Below are positions 32,900 through 43,934 of a stretch of 64,000 nucleotides of DNA, piece after piece. A program made the position numbers and the translations under genes. The stretch's first letter is position 1. Every line of letters starts with the position of its first letter. Below the pieces are notes generated by a model, which saw only the letters and a list, made by a program, of their open reading frames with translations, did no database searches and was not told where the DNA came from. The DNA is from Candidatus Altimarinota bacterium (GTDB lineage: Bacteria > Patescibacteriota > Gracilibacteria > BD1-5 > UBA2023): assembly GCA_024709505.1 (NCBI GenBank), contig JANJWP010000005.1:25037-89036 (forward strand), read 5' to 3'.

Positions 32900-34303
32900 A
32901 TGGAAATGAAAGATCTGGTTTCTTTCGCAGTAGCGAAAGGCTTCGTTTACCAGGGTTCCGAGATTTACGGCGGCCTCGCGAACGCTTGGGATTACGGCCC
33001 GAACGGTGCGCTTTTGAAGGAAAACCTTAAAAACCTCTGGATCAAGCATTTCGTCCAGAAGCGCTCCGACATGGTGCTTTTGGATGCGGCGATCCTCATG
33101 AATCCCCAGACCTGGGTGACTTCCGGCCACGTCGGAGGGTTTTCCGATCCGCTCATGGATTGCAAATCCTGTAAGCAGCGCCTTCGCGCCGACAAGCTCG
33201 TCGAAGAATACGTCGAAGCCACCGGAGACGCCGAGATGCCCGCCGAGTGGGCAGGGGAGTCCACTCCCGCCGCCAATCTTACGGCCTACATCGCCAAGAA
33301 GGGGATCAAGTGTCCCAATTGCGGCGGAACCGATTTCAGCGACATCAAGAAGTTCAACCTCATGTTTAAGACGTTCCAGGGCGTTACCGAGGATTCCACC
33401 GCGACGGTGTACCTCCGTCCCGAAACCGCCCAGGGAATTTTCGTAAACTTTTCCAACGTCGTCCGGACTTCGCGCAAAAAGGTTCCTTTCGGTATCGCGC
33501 AGGTAGGAAAAGCGTTCCGCAACGAAATCACTCCCAAGAACTTCATTTTCCGCACCCGCGAGTTCGAACAGATGGAAATCGAATTCTTCTGCGAGCCCGA
33601 ATCGATCGCTCCGGGCAAGCATCTCGAATGGCACGAAGCATGGAAGACCGTCTGCTGGAATTTCCTCACTAAGACGGTCGGGCTTAAAGAAGATCTGATG
33701 CGCTTCCGCAACCACGGACCGGACGAACTGTCGTTCTATTCGGCCGCGACGACCGATATCGAATTCTATTTCCCCTTCGGCTGGGGCGAACTGTGGGGAA
33801 TCGCCGACCGTACCGACTACGACCTTTCGGCCCACATGAAGGAATCCAAAGCCGACCTCGCGTATTTCGATCCGTTTACCAACCAGAAATACGTTCCGTT
33901 CGTCATCGAACCGTCGCTCGGATTGAACCGCCTCATGCTCGTAACGCTCATTTCGGCCTACGACGAAGTCGATTCCGGCGAAGGAAAGCGCGTCGTACTG
34001 CGCTTCAAACCCGAAGTGGCTCCGGTAAAGGTGGCCGTCCTTCCGCTCGTGAAAAAGCTCTCCGAAGAAGCCAAAAAGGTCTACGACCTCCTTTCCGACC
34101 ACTTCGTCTGCGAATACGACGACGCCGGAGCCATCGGCAAGCGGTACTACCGGATGGACGAAATCGGCGTTCCGTTCTCGATCTGCGTCGATTCCGAAAA
34201 CTTCGAAGCCGGCCAGGTGACCGTCCGCGACCGCGACACCGGACTTCAGGAAACGGTGAAAATGGACGATCTCGTCGAATACTTCCGAAAGAAGGGGTGC
34301 TAA
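32900..34303 (+). CDS. glyS: Glycine--tRNA ligase (alpha2, class IIa type)
   Basis: EIYGGLANAWDYGP, YLRPETAQGIF, GKAFRNEITP..FIFRTREFEQMEIE, GELWGIADRTDYDL and the HGTP anticodon domain IGKRYYRMDEIG. Confidence 0.96.
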   Translation: MEMKDLVSFAVAKGFVYQGSEIYGGLANAWDYGPNGALLKENLKNLWIKHFVQKRSDMVLLDAAILMNPQTWVTSGHVGGFSDPLMDCKSCKQRLRADKLVEEYVEATGDAEMPAEWAGESTPAANLTAYIAKKGIKCPNCGGTDFSDIKKFNLMFKTFQGVTEDSTATVYLRPETAQGIFVNFSNVVRTSRKKVPFGIAQVGKAFRNEITPKNFIFRTREFEQMEIEFFCEPESIAPGKHLEWHEAWKTVCWNFLTKTVGLKEDLMRFRNHGPDELSFYSAATTDIEFYFPFGWGELWGIADRTDYDLSAHMKESKADLAYFDPFTNQKYVPFVIEPSLGLNRLMLVTLISAYDEVDSGEGKRVVLRFKPEVAPVKVAVLPLVKKLSEEAKKVYDLLSDHFVCEYDDAGAIGKRYYRMDEIGVPFSICVDSENFEAGQVTVRDRDTGLQETVKMDDLVEYFRKKGC

Positions 34304-34354
34304 TTCGCGCATTTCCCGAAATCCCCCCGCACAAGGCGAGGGGATTTTCAATGA

Positions 34355-34570
34355 CAATGGCTCCCCGAACAGGATTCGTTCCTCTCGTCCTCGGCTCCGC
34401 CTCGGCCGCTCGGAACGCCTTGCCTACGGAGCCAAATCGTTGGCTCCGTACCGAATCGCCGCAAGCGGACGATCCGGAAGGCTGCGGTTTCGAATCCCGT
34501 TCTTCTCGCACCCATGTTGAAAAACGAAAAAGGCCCCGTTCTTGCGAACGAGACCTTTTCTGTTTTTCAA
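34355..34570. mobile_element. Structured ~190-bp element bounded by a 24-bp direct repeat of the tRNA-Asn 3' end
   Basis: CAATGGCTCCCCGAACAGGATTCG occurs at 34355-34378 and 34568-34591; internal palindromes. Mobility is inferred, and no recombinase lies in the window. Confidence 0.55.
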
Positions 34571-34645
34571 TGGCTCCCCGAACAGGATTCGAACCTGTGA
34601 CCCACCGGTTAACAGCCGGTTGCTCTACCGCTGAGCTATCGAGGA
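34571..34645 (-). tRNA. tRNA-Asn(GTT)
   Basis: TCCTCGATAGCTCAGCGGTAGAGCAACCGGCT-GTT-AACCGGTGGGTCACAGGTTCGAATCCTGTTCGGGGAGCCA folds as a cloverleaf with encoded CCA; promoter TTGACT-16-TAGTAT (34701-34674). Confidence 0.97.
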
Positions 34646-35000
34646 ATACGGCATCTTCTTTCGAAGCGGGCGCATACTAAAGAAAATGCCAAGCAAGTCA
34701 AAATTTTTTGCGGGCGTTTTTTCCACGTCTCCGCCCATGCATCCATCTACGACGGGGGAGGGGATTCGATTTTTGAAAAAAATATGTTCAAAAATACCCG
34801 CTTCCGTCCGTATCCGGTGCGAAAAACCCCATAAAACACCCGTTTTTTGAAAAATACCGTTTCCGCATCCCAAAGCCAAAAAATCAGGTAAATATCCGGT
34901 TTTTCCCTTCCTGTTCAGACGAAACCCCATAAAAATCATTTGCGTCCCCTTTTTTCCGCGTATAATCGGTTCGGTTATATCTCTAACCTCATAACCGCAT

Positions 35001-35273
35001 ATGAAGAAGCAGGATTTCATCAAGGAGGTCTCCGCTAAGGCAGGTCTCAGCCAAGACGCCGTTACCAAGTCGCTCAACACCATGATCGACGTTATTACCG
35101 CTCAGCTCAAGAAGGGCGGAGAAGTTAACGTTACTGGTTTCGGTGCGTTCAAGGTTTCCCAGCGCGCTGCTCGCAATGGTGTTAACCCGAAGACTCGCCA
35201 GAAGATCACCATCAAGGCAATGAAGTCCCCGGTTTTCCGCGCGGGCAAAACCCTCAAGGAAGCCGTTCGCTAA
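35001..35273 (+). CDS. hup: DNA-binding protein HU
   Basis: GFGAFKVSQRAARNGVNPKT...FRAGKTLKEAV; downstream GCCCC-GCAA-GGGGC-T hairpin. Confidence 0.96.
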   Translation: MKKQDFIKEVSAKAGLSQDAVTKSLNTMIDVITAQLKKGGEVNVTGFGAFKVSQRAARNGVNPKTRQKITIKAMKSPVFRAGKTLKEAVR

Positions 35274-35378
35274 TTCACGCGATAGGAAGAGGGCCCCGCA
35301 AGGGGCTTTTCTTTTGCTTTTTTGACTTTCCCTTCGCATTGCGATACACTTAGGGCAAGTGTTTCCTTACGCTTCGGA

Positions 35379-35930
35379 ATGGACTCAGGGCTCCAGGTTG
35401 ACATCTCGCAACTCGAATATCAGGATCTCCTCGATTTCGCGAACCGGAACATTCCCAATCCCGGGGAGTTCGACCTTTACCTTACCTTCCAGGCGGATTA
35501 CGGGCAATCCAAGATGATTCGTGATCTCATCCTCTTCCTTTTCGAGCGCAATTCCATCGAGGTTCCCTGGAAAAACCGCTTCGCCCTCATTTCCGACGAA
35601 CTCGTCAACAATTCCATCGAATACGGCAGCATGCCCTTGGATAAGAACGGCTTCTTCATCGGATTCAAAACCGAATGAACCAAACTCAACGTCGTACTTG
35701 AGGTGCGGGATACCGGCCGCGGACTCGAAGCCAAGAGCAGCAAAGAAATGGAAGAACTTCGCAAGCTCAAAGAAATCCAAGGATTCGACGGCTATCTCTG
35801 AAAACGTGGCCGCGGACTCTTTCAAATGATTACCAAACTCGTTGACGAACTCTATTTCCGAGACAACGATGACGGATGACTTACCGTTGGAATACGGAAA
35901 ACCCTCGAAAAACAGTCCGTCTCCGCGTAA
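35379..35930 (+). CDS. RsbW/SpoIIAB-like anti-sigma factor Ser/Thr kinase (HATPase_c)
   Basis: N-box ELVNNSIEYG, G1 VRDTGRG and G2 *(G)KRGRGLF..I.KLVD; TGA at 35676, 35799 and 35877; promoter TTGACT-17-TACACT (35322-35350). Confidence 0.8.
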
Positions 35931-35950
35931 GGCTCTGAAATTATGGAATA

Positions 35951-35979
35951 AGAAAACCCCCGGTCTTCCGGGGGTTTTC

Positions 35980-35980
<1 letters not shown>
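35951..35980. terminator. Bidirectional terminator; stem identical to 37747-37777
   Basis: AGAAAACCCCCGG-TCTT-CCGGGGGTTTTCT. Confidence 0.8.
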
Positions 35981-37380
<1,400 letters not shown>

Positions 37381-37550
37381 TCAAAAAAGAAAGGCGCGTG
37401 AACGGCGCCAAGATACGTCCGAGAGTGTACCCGTTCCCGCACGATTTTCAAATTCGATTTGGCATTCCGGCCTTTTCCGATATATTTCCCCCGTTCTTTT
37501 TGAAAGGAGCCCGGGCTTTCTCCGGCTCCGGTACCTAATTTCAAACCATC

Positions 37551-37727
37551 ATGGCAAAGGGAAAGCGCACCTACATGTCCTGCATCTCGACCGAATCGGG
37601 CATCATGGGATACATCACCACCGTTCAGAAGAAGAATTTCGCGGCCGGCGAAAAACTCGAACTCCGCAAATACGATAAAAAGCTCCGCAAACACGTCGTT
37701 TTCAAGCTTAAGGAAACCAAGCACTAG
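37551..37727 (+). CDS. rpmG: 50S ribosomal protein L33 (non-zinc type)
   Basis: MAKGKR...YITTVQKKN...EKLELRKYDKKLRKHVVFK (58 aa, below the ORF-track cutoff). Confidence 0.9.
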   Translation: MAKGKRTYMSCISTESGIMGYITTVQKKNFAAGEKLELRKYDKKLRKHVVFKLKETKH

Positions 37728-37746
37728 TCGTTCGTTTCAAAGCGGC

Positions 37747-37777
37747 AGAAAACCCCCGGTTCGTCCGGGGGTTTTCT
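37747..37777. terminator. Bidirectional terminator after rpmG
   Basis: AGAAAACCCCCGG-TTCGT-CCGGGGGTTTTCT. Confidence 0.8.
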
Positions 37778-37815
37778 TAAGGCATCTCGAGCTTTTAAAA
37801 GACTGCCGCGAAAAA

Positions 37816-38202
37816 TTATGCCGCGGCTTTGAATTGGGAATCGTTGGCCGGTTCGGTGCCGTCCAAGATGGCGCCGATGTTGCTTGCGGTTTCCGCCTTG
37901 AGGACGACCAATGATTCGCGGTATCGAATTCCGCGATCCTTTACCATGGTTTCGACCCGAAGGGAATCGAGTTGCCCACGGACGGTTCCGTAATTTTCCG
38001 CGAGGGCGAAGGCGATTTCCTTCCGCACTTTCGCATCGCCTTTGACTGCTTCCACGTATTCGGCGGGAAGGTCGTAGTTTGCGGCCACGCGTTCGAAGAA
38101 CGCGTCAACGGAACCCATCTTGTCGAGCTGTTCGGCGGTTTGTGCGCGGAGATCTTCTTGATTGGGGGAGCCGAAGTGGCTTTCGAGAACATTGCTTGCC
38201 AT
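37816..38202 (-). CDS. Hypothetical protein with an ssrA-tag-like C-terminus
   Basis: 128-aa ORF ending ...EPANDSQFKAAA-stop. Confidence 0.75.
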   Translation of the reverse strand: MASNVLESHFGSPNQEDLRAQTAEQLDKMGSVDAFFERVAANYDLPAEYVEAVKGDAKVRKEIAFALAENYGTVRGQLDSLRVETMVKDRGIRYRESLVVLKAETASNIGAILDGTEPANDSQFKAAA

Positions 38203-38243
38203 GGGAAAAATGGGATGGATATTGGTTTTTCTTTTACCCGACG

Positions 38244-38552
38244 TTAGGGGGTTCGGTTTTGGGATTTTTTGAATTCTTCGAGGTCATTCCGGACGTTTCT
38301 CGCGACGATTTCATGATTGTGGGCCGAGAGGTCTTGGGCAAGTCACGATACGGCGTTCGCAAGAAGGAGGCATTTTTGTTCCTCCACGGCTTCACGGTTG
38401 CGCTTGATGCGCTCCGCGATTTTCGGCCAGTCCGCTAGGATGGTTATCCGGCGTTCTTCCGTAAGGCAGGCGAATATCCGCTCCACTTCCGGACGGTCGT
38501 CCTCGTGGATGGCGGAAATTTCCATGAGCCGGATGAGTTCGGTGTTCGGCAT
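38244..38552 (-). CDS. Hypothetical helical protein (102 aa), paralog of 27813-28253
   Basis: MPNTELIRL... read through TGA 38343 to TAA 38244. Confidence 0.7.
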
Positions 38553-38679
38553 CGGGAGGAATTCTTGATACGTGGTTCCGTCGTCGTTTCCGCGACTTTT
38601 CCATACTACCATACCGCCCCAGGCGTTGCCAATATTTTCCCGCATTCTCCCTTGACGGTTTTGCGAAGAAGAGGGGAAG

Positions 38680-39966
38680 TTAACTTCCGAGCACCTGCAG
38701 CACCTCTTCGAGGCTCACTTCCCCCAAAACGGCCTTTAGGAGCGCGTCGTCCCCCATGGTTACCATTCCGTCGCCTATCGCCTGAATTTCGAGCTGGGTC
38801 TTCGATGCCCGGGCAAGCACGAGCTTTTCGAGATTTTCGGTCATTTCAAGGACTTCGAAAAATCCGGTCCGTCCCTTGTGGCCTTTGTGTCCGCATTTTT
38901 CGCATCCGTCTGGATTTGCCCGGTACAACACGAAGTTTTCCTTGTCGCTCATGTATTTTCCAATCCTCGAAACGATCTTTTTCTTGACGACTTCTTCCGG
39001 TTTGTAGGCGATTTTGCAGTGGGGGCAGAGTTTTCGGGCGAGACGCTGAGAGATGATGAGCTTGAGGGAGGAAACAACCAAAAGCGGGTCGATGCCCAAA
39101 TTCGTGAGGCGCTGGAGCGTGTTGGAAGTGGAATTGGCGTGGATGGTCGAAAAGACCAAATGCCCCGTAATCGAGGCTTCGACGGCGAGATGCGCCGTTT
39201 CGGAATCGCGGATTTCCCCGACCATGATGATATCGGGATCTTGGCGCAGAAGAGCCCGAAGACCGTCAGCGAAAGAAAATCCTATTTGCGGATTGATCTG
39301 CGTATGGTTGACTCCGGGAATCCGGTACTCCACCGGATCTTCGAGGGTCGAAATGTTGGCGTCTTCGGGGTCGAACGAAGAAAGCATCGAATAGAGCGTA
39401 GTCGATTTTCCTGATCCGGTCGGTCAGACGACCAGTATGAGGCCGTAGCTCGACTTCAAGTGCCCCTTGATTTTGACCATGTTCATCGGGAGCATCCCGA
39501 TGGAACGGAGATCGAGGCTTTCAGCCTCTTTTTTCAAAAGTCGGACGACGATTTTTTCGCCGTAAATGGTGGGGATGACGCTCACGCGCATGTCCACTTC
39601 CTTTCCATTCGATTCTTCCCGGAAACTCGCTTTCCCGTCTTGGGGGAGGCGGGTTTCGTCGATTTTCAGCCCCGCAAGGATCTTGATTCGCGCGACGATG
39701 GCGGATTTTTGATTTTCTTCGGCCGACGCGAGTTCGCCAAAATGTCCGTCCACGCGGACTCGAACGTGCATGACGTGTTCCCGGGGTTCGAAATGGATGT
39801 CGGAAGCGCCCATGGCCACGGCCCTTGAGAATGCCTCCTCGACGAACCGGACGCCAGAAAAGCCCGAAATGCCGGTTTCGGCCGGCGCTCCGATGGAGGA
39901 CGACGCCATCAGATCGTCGGCGTCGTTTCCTTCCCGTTTGCGTTTGAACGCGTCTGTGAGTCCCAT
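38680..39966 (-). CDS. Second PilB/GspE-family ATPase
   Basis: ASDIHFEP, PQDG, Walker A *(G)PTGSGKST with TGA 39424, LRQDPDIIMVGEIRD and CxxC motifs. Confidence 0.9.
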
Positions 39967-40135
39967 GGTTTTCGGTTACGTTTAAGAAAATCCTACAACA
40001 TCTCGCCCACGGGGGCAAAGAATTCGATTTGCTTTTCGCCCCCGGGCTTTTATAATCCAACGCGAACTTTCCCCGAGTTCGATTTTTTTATATCCTTCTT
40101 ACGGGACCGCCCCGTAAGATGCTAATCCATAGGTT

Positions 40136-40423
40136 ATGCGGAAATACGAACTTATGATGATCGTCGATCCGACCGTTTCGGAAGACGATCGCGCCTCCCT
40201 CCTTTCCGAGGTGAAGGCCGAACTTACCACCCATGGCGCAAGCGCCCTCTCCGAGGACGTTTGGGGCGTCAAGAAGCTCGCCTACAAGATTAACGGATCC
40301 GAAAACGGCTTCTACGTCCTCTATAATTTCGAATCCGACGGACGCGCCTTCAAGACCATCTCTTCCGACTTCAATCTCCGCAAGGGAATCTGGCGTTACA
40401 TGTTCGTCCGCACCGACGAATAA
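40136..40423 (+). CDS. rpsF: 30S ribosomal protein S6
   Basis: MRKYELMMIVDP...WGVKKLAYKI...GFY; promoter TTGCTT-16-TATAAT (40029-40056). Confidence 0.95.
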   Translation: MRKYELMMIVDPTVSEDDRASLLSEVKAELTTHGASALSEDVWGVKKLAYKINGSENGFYVLYNFESDGRAFKTISSDFNLRKGIWRYMFVRTDE

Positions 40424-40444
40424 TTCCGTCCCCAGAAATTTCGC

Positions 40445-40852
40445 ATGCGCACCGTCAATAAGGTCATCCTCGTCGGAAACGTCACGAAGGATCCGTTCGT
40501 AAAGACCACCCAGTGAGGCCGGAAGGTCGTGCTCTTCACCGTGGCGACCAACCGTTCCTTTAAGAACGCCCGCGGGGAAACCCTCTCCGAATCCGAATAT
40601 ACCAACTGCATCTGTTGGGGGACCCTCGCAGACCGTACCGAAACTTTCCTTTCCAAAGGCAAGCTCGTCTACGTCGAAGGGCATCTCAAAACCCGGACGA
40701 TCGAACGCGACGACGGCATACGGCTCTATAAGACCGAAGTCGTCGTAACGAACCTCATCTTTCTCTCCAAGCGCGAAGAATCGACCGAAAACGCCGATTC
40801 CGCGGAAATCCTCTCCGATCTTGAAACCATCGATTTCGACGATCGCTTCTAA
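40445..40852 (+). CDS. ssb: Single-stranded DNA-binding protein
   Basis: VNKVILVGNVTKDP...TTQ*(G)G..FTVATNR...KGKLVYVEG.L.TR with an acidic tail; rpsF-ssb-rpsR synteny. Confidence 0.95.
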
Positions 40853-40873
40853 TTTTTCCTAACGGCACATCCC

Positions 40874-41101
40874 ATGGCTAAAACCGCATGTCCCATCGAC
40901 GAGGCAGGTATCAAGTCTATCGACTATAAGGACACCGAATTCCTCAAGAAGTACGTTACCAAGTTCAACAAGATCGTCCCGCGCCAATACTCCGGCGTTT
41001 CCTTGAAGAACCAGAAGAAAGTCGCCCAGGCAATCAAGCGTGCCCGCTACATGGCGCTTCTTCCGTACGTTCTCGATCTCAAAAAGAAGATTGGGGAATA
41101 G
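40874..41101 (+). CDS. rpsR: 30S ribosomal protein S18
   Basis: IDYKDTEFLKKY...KIVPR...QKKVAQAIKRARYMALLPY. Confidence 0.96.
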   Translation: MAKTACPIDEAGIKSIDYKDTEFLKKYVTKFNKIVPRQYSGVSLKNQKKVAQAIKRARYMALLPYVLDLKKKIGE

Positions 41102-41227
41102 CTTCCGAAAATCCGAGAAAGGGGTGGGGAACCACCCCTTTCTTTGTGTGCCGATGCGATTTTTTTGACTTTGAAACGCCGGGGGGGTATAATTCCGCCG
41201 GAATCTTATCCATCATATCCATACGCC

Positions 41228-41581
41228 ATGAACGTCATGCAAAAAGCCGCCTACGCGTCCGTCGCTTTGGCTGTCGCATCCGCACAGACGGCTTCCGCCG
41301 CCATTAATTTCGGTACCGATCAGGTCCAATCTGGAATCAAGGGTACCGACGCTACGGCCGACTCCGCGGTTCAGCGTCTCGTAGGGAACTTCATGTTTTT
41401 CCTTGGAATTCTCGCGGTTCTCTACTGACTCTACGGCGGCTTCCTCATCCTTTCTTCCGGTGGTGATGAAGAAAAGGTGAAGAAAGGAAAGACCATCCTC
41501 ATCCACGTTGGTCTCGGTCTCCTCGTCATCTTCCTCGCGAACTCCATCGTTCAGTGGATCATCGGAAAAATCCTCGTATAA
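41228..41581 (+). CDS. CPR-type pilin (TrbC/VirB2-like, T4SS pilin family)
   Basis: Signal peptide (ASA), two hydrophobic helices around YGGFLILSSGGDEEKVKKGK; TGA at 41426; near-consensus promoter TTGACT-17-TATAAT (41165-41193). Confidence 0.8.
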
Positions 41582-41750
41582 CCGAAGATTCGCCGATTTT
41601 TCGAACCCCCGGGCTTGGTCTCGGGGGTTTTCCGAATTCCGAGGCCTTTTGGACTCGTTTGGAAAAATGAAAGAAAAATGTTCGAAGCCGCTTGTCTGGA
41701 TGCCGTTTTCGAATATCGTAATGGCCGAATACCCTTTCACGCTTTGCCAA

Positions 41751-41939
41751 ATGTCCTCCATTTTTGACGAAGACGAAGACGTAGAAGAAGGAGTCGCTCC
41801 CGATTCCGACGAGCTCGGCGAACTTTCCCTCGACGAACTTGAAGACCTTCAGGAAGACGACGTTACCGGACATCGGGTGGTAACCACCAACGACGACGGG
41901 GAAGATCCGTTTTCGAGCGGGACGTATTACGACGAATAG
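41751..41939 (+). CDS. Small highly acidic protein (62 aa)
   Basis: MSSIFDEDEDVEEG...YYDE; 24 D/E residues versus one R and no K. Confidence 0.6.
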   Translation: MSSIFDEDEDVEEGVAPDSDELGELSLDELEDLQEDDVTGHRVVTTNDDGEDPFSSGTYYDE

Positions 41940-41959
41940 GTCTTTGCCTCCTTTCGCGA

Positions 41960-42364
41960 CTAAAACCGTTCGTCGTTCGCGCTCCGGAAGGGGATGGTTC
42001 CTTCCGGGGGAGCGGCATTAACGATTTCTGCCACGAGAACGTTCCAGTCAGGAAGGGCGTTTGTCGTTCTTTCGAGTTTTTTGAATCGCAAAAGCAGGCT
42101 CATGCGAACGGTTGCGGCATATCCGGAAACTTCGTAATCGGTCCAACCGTACCGGTCGCGTCTGTCGTTAAGCCGGGTTTTCATGGCCGCTTCGACCGAA
42201 TCCAAATACCGGTGGTCTTCCGCATCAGCTAAGAAAGGGTATCCGTTCGGATACTTTTTTTGGAAGTAGTATTCCATGACGAAGATTTCTTCTTCGACGA
42301 GCGACCGAACGTAAGCGAGTTCTTCTTTTTCGGAGGCGTCGGGCGGAATCGAGGGGGATTTCAT
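41960..42364 (-). CDS. Hypothetical protein ending ANDERF
   Basis: 134-aa ORF coupled (TAATG overlap) to the upstream gene. Confidence 0.65.
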   Translation of the reverse strand: MKSPSIPPDASEKEELAYVRSLVEEEIFVMEYYFQKKYPNGYPFLADAEDHRYLDSVEAAMKTRLNDRRDRYGWTDYEVSGYAATVRMSLLLRFKKLERTTNALPDWNVLVAEIVNAAPPEGTIPFRSANDERF

Positions 42365-42795
42365 TAGCGTTCGGTGGAAAAATCCGCTTCGCTTCCGGAA
42401 AGGGGAATTCCGGTGGCGGTTCGGCTTTCGTGAATTTTTTCGGCGTCCAACTTCGCCTTGTCCTTAATCTCCTTCAGGTCGAATTGCCGGAGTTTCAGCT
42501 GGTTGTCTACGATGCCCTTGAGAACTTCGGAGTCCTTGAAGAAGGTATAGGTCATCCACGAGAGAAATACGAGTCCAAAAACCGTTCCGAATGCGAAAAG
42601 GATTCATAAGAAGATTTGGTTCGCGAAAATCTTCCACTTCGAAGAATGAAATTCGATGAACTCATGCTCTTTGATGAGATTGAGCGTCTGATCGAGGGTC
42701 TTAAGCGATTTTCGAAGCTTTTTCAATTCGCCGACGAGTTCCTTATGAAATTCGCTGGTCGGTTCAGCCGGTTTTTGCGAAGGAGTTTTTTTCAT
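42364..42795 (-). CDS. Membrane protein, DUF5665-like
   Basis: Coiled coil, then NQIFL*(G)ILFAFGTVFGL TM segment; TGA at 42604. Confidence 0.65.
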
Positions 42796-42843
42796 GATTC
42801 CGAGAAGGCTACGTTTTTTATCCTATGGGGATCCATCCACGCC

Positions 42844-43815
42844 CTATTTGATCCATCCACGCACGAAATCCTCAATGACCTTGGCAAGCTTTTTGGGATC
42901 GTGGCGAATGTAGTCCCGTTCGCCGACGAGATCGCGTTCGACGATTCGGCATTCGCGCTTCCGAAGGGATTCCGCGTTCTTGATCCGTACCGGGTGCTTG
43001 TTTTCTTCTCGGGCATATTTTTGCGCCAAATCTTCCCGAACGTCCCCCGAGTGGACCAACACGTAATCTATCCGACCTTCTCATACGTAGCGTTCGATGA
43101 CCGAGACGAAGTCTTCCACCGAATACCCGTCGGTTTCCCCATGCTTGGTCATGACGTTGCAAACGTAGACGATTTTCGCTTCGGTTCGTTCAAGGGCTTC
43201 CCGCATCCCCGGGCAAAGCAGGTTGGGGACGACGCTCGTATACAGGTCGCCTGGGCCGATGATCACGTAATCGGAATTGAGGATCGCTTCTCTGGCTCGG
43301 GGATTGATTTTGCTTTCCCCAATGAGGAACGCCTCGGTAATTGCGAGGTTCGGGTCGTGTTTGGGAACGTCGATGTTGGTTTCGCCGATAATCTTGTCAC
43401 CGTTCTCAAGAACGACCCCCAAATGGACGTCGTCGAGCGTGACGGGAATGACCTTTCCCCGGACGTGGAACATTTCGCAAAGCTCTTCGATTCCGGATTC
43501 GAAATCCCCGGTAATGTCGGCGAGAGCGGTGAGCAAGAGGTTTCCAATAGTGTGCCCGCTCATCCGGTTCCCGCCCTTGAAGCGGTACTCGAAGAGCTTC
43601 CGGACGGTTTCCGCATCTTCGGAAAGCGCGAGTACCGCCCGGCGAATGTCGCCGGGCGGTAGGATTCCGAATTCGTCGCGGAGCTCGCCGGTCGATCCTC
43701 CGGAATCGGCGACCGATACGACGGCGGCAAGGTTGAGCTCGCGGTTCTTCTTCAAACCGGAAAGGACGTTGAAGGTTCCGGTGCCTCCTCAGATGGTGGT
43801 GACGTTGGTGGTCAT
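42844..43815 (-). CDS. yvcK: YvcK/GlmR (CofD-like) UDP-GlcNAc-binding protein
   Basis: TI*(G)GGTG, DSGGSTG.LR..PPGDIR, GHTIGNL, GPGDLYTSVVPNL, GET and RHDP; TGA at 43789 and 43081. Confidence 0.9.
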
Positions 43816-43934
43816 TGGCGTGGGGTTTCCTTGCGATTATACGAACTTGCCCGATATGCGCAATGCCAGTAACCGTCTTGCGCTCCGGCAAACTTCGCTT
43901 ACAATGGCCGTCGTTATTTTTAACTATCCGAAAC

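Noticed and set aside
34355-34510. Second tRNA gene or tRNA intron
   Set aside because: Only the 3' 21 nt are duplicated. There is no D-arm, anticodon arm or 5' acceptor strand, and the real tRNA is uninterrupted.
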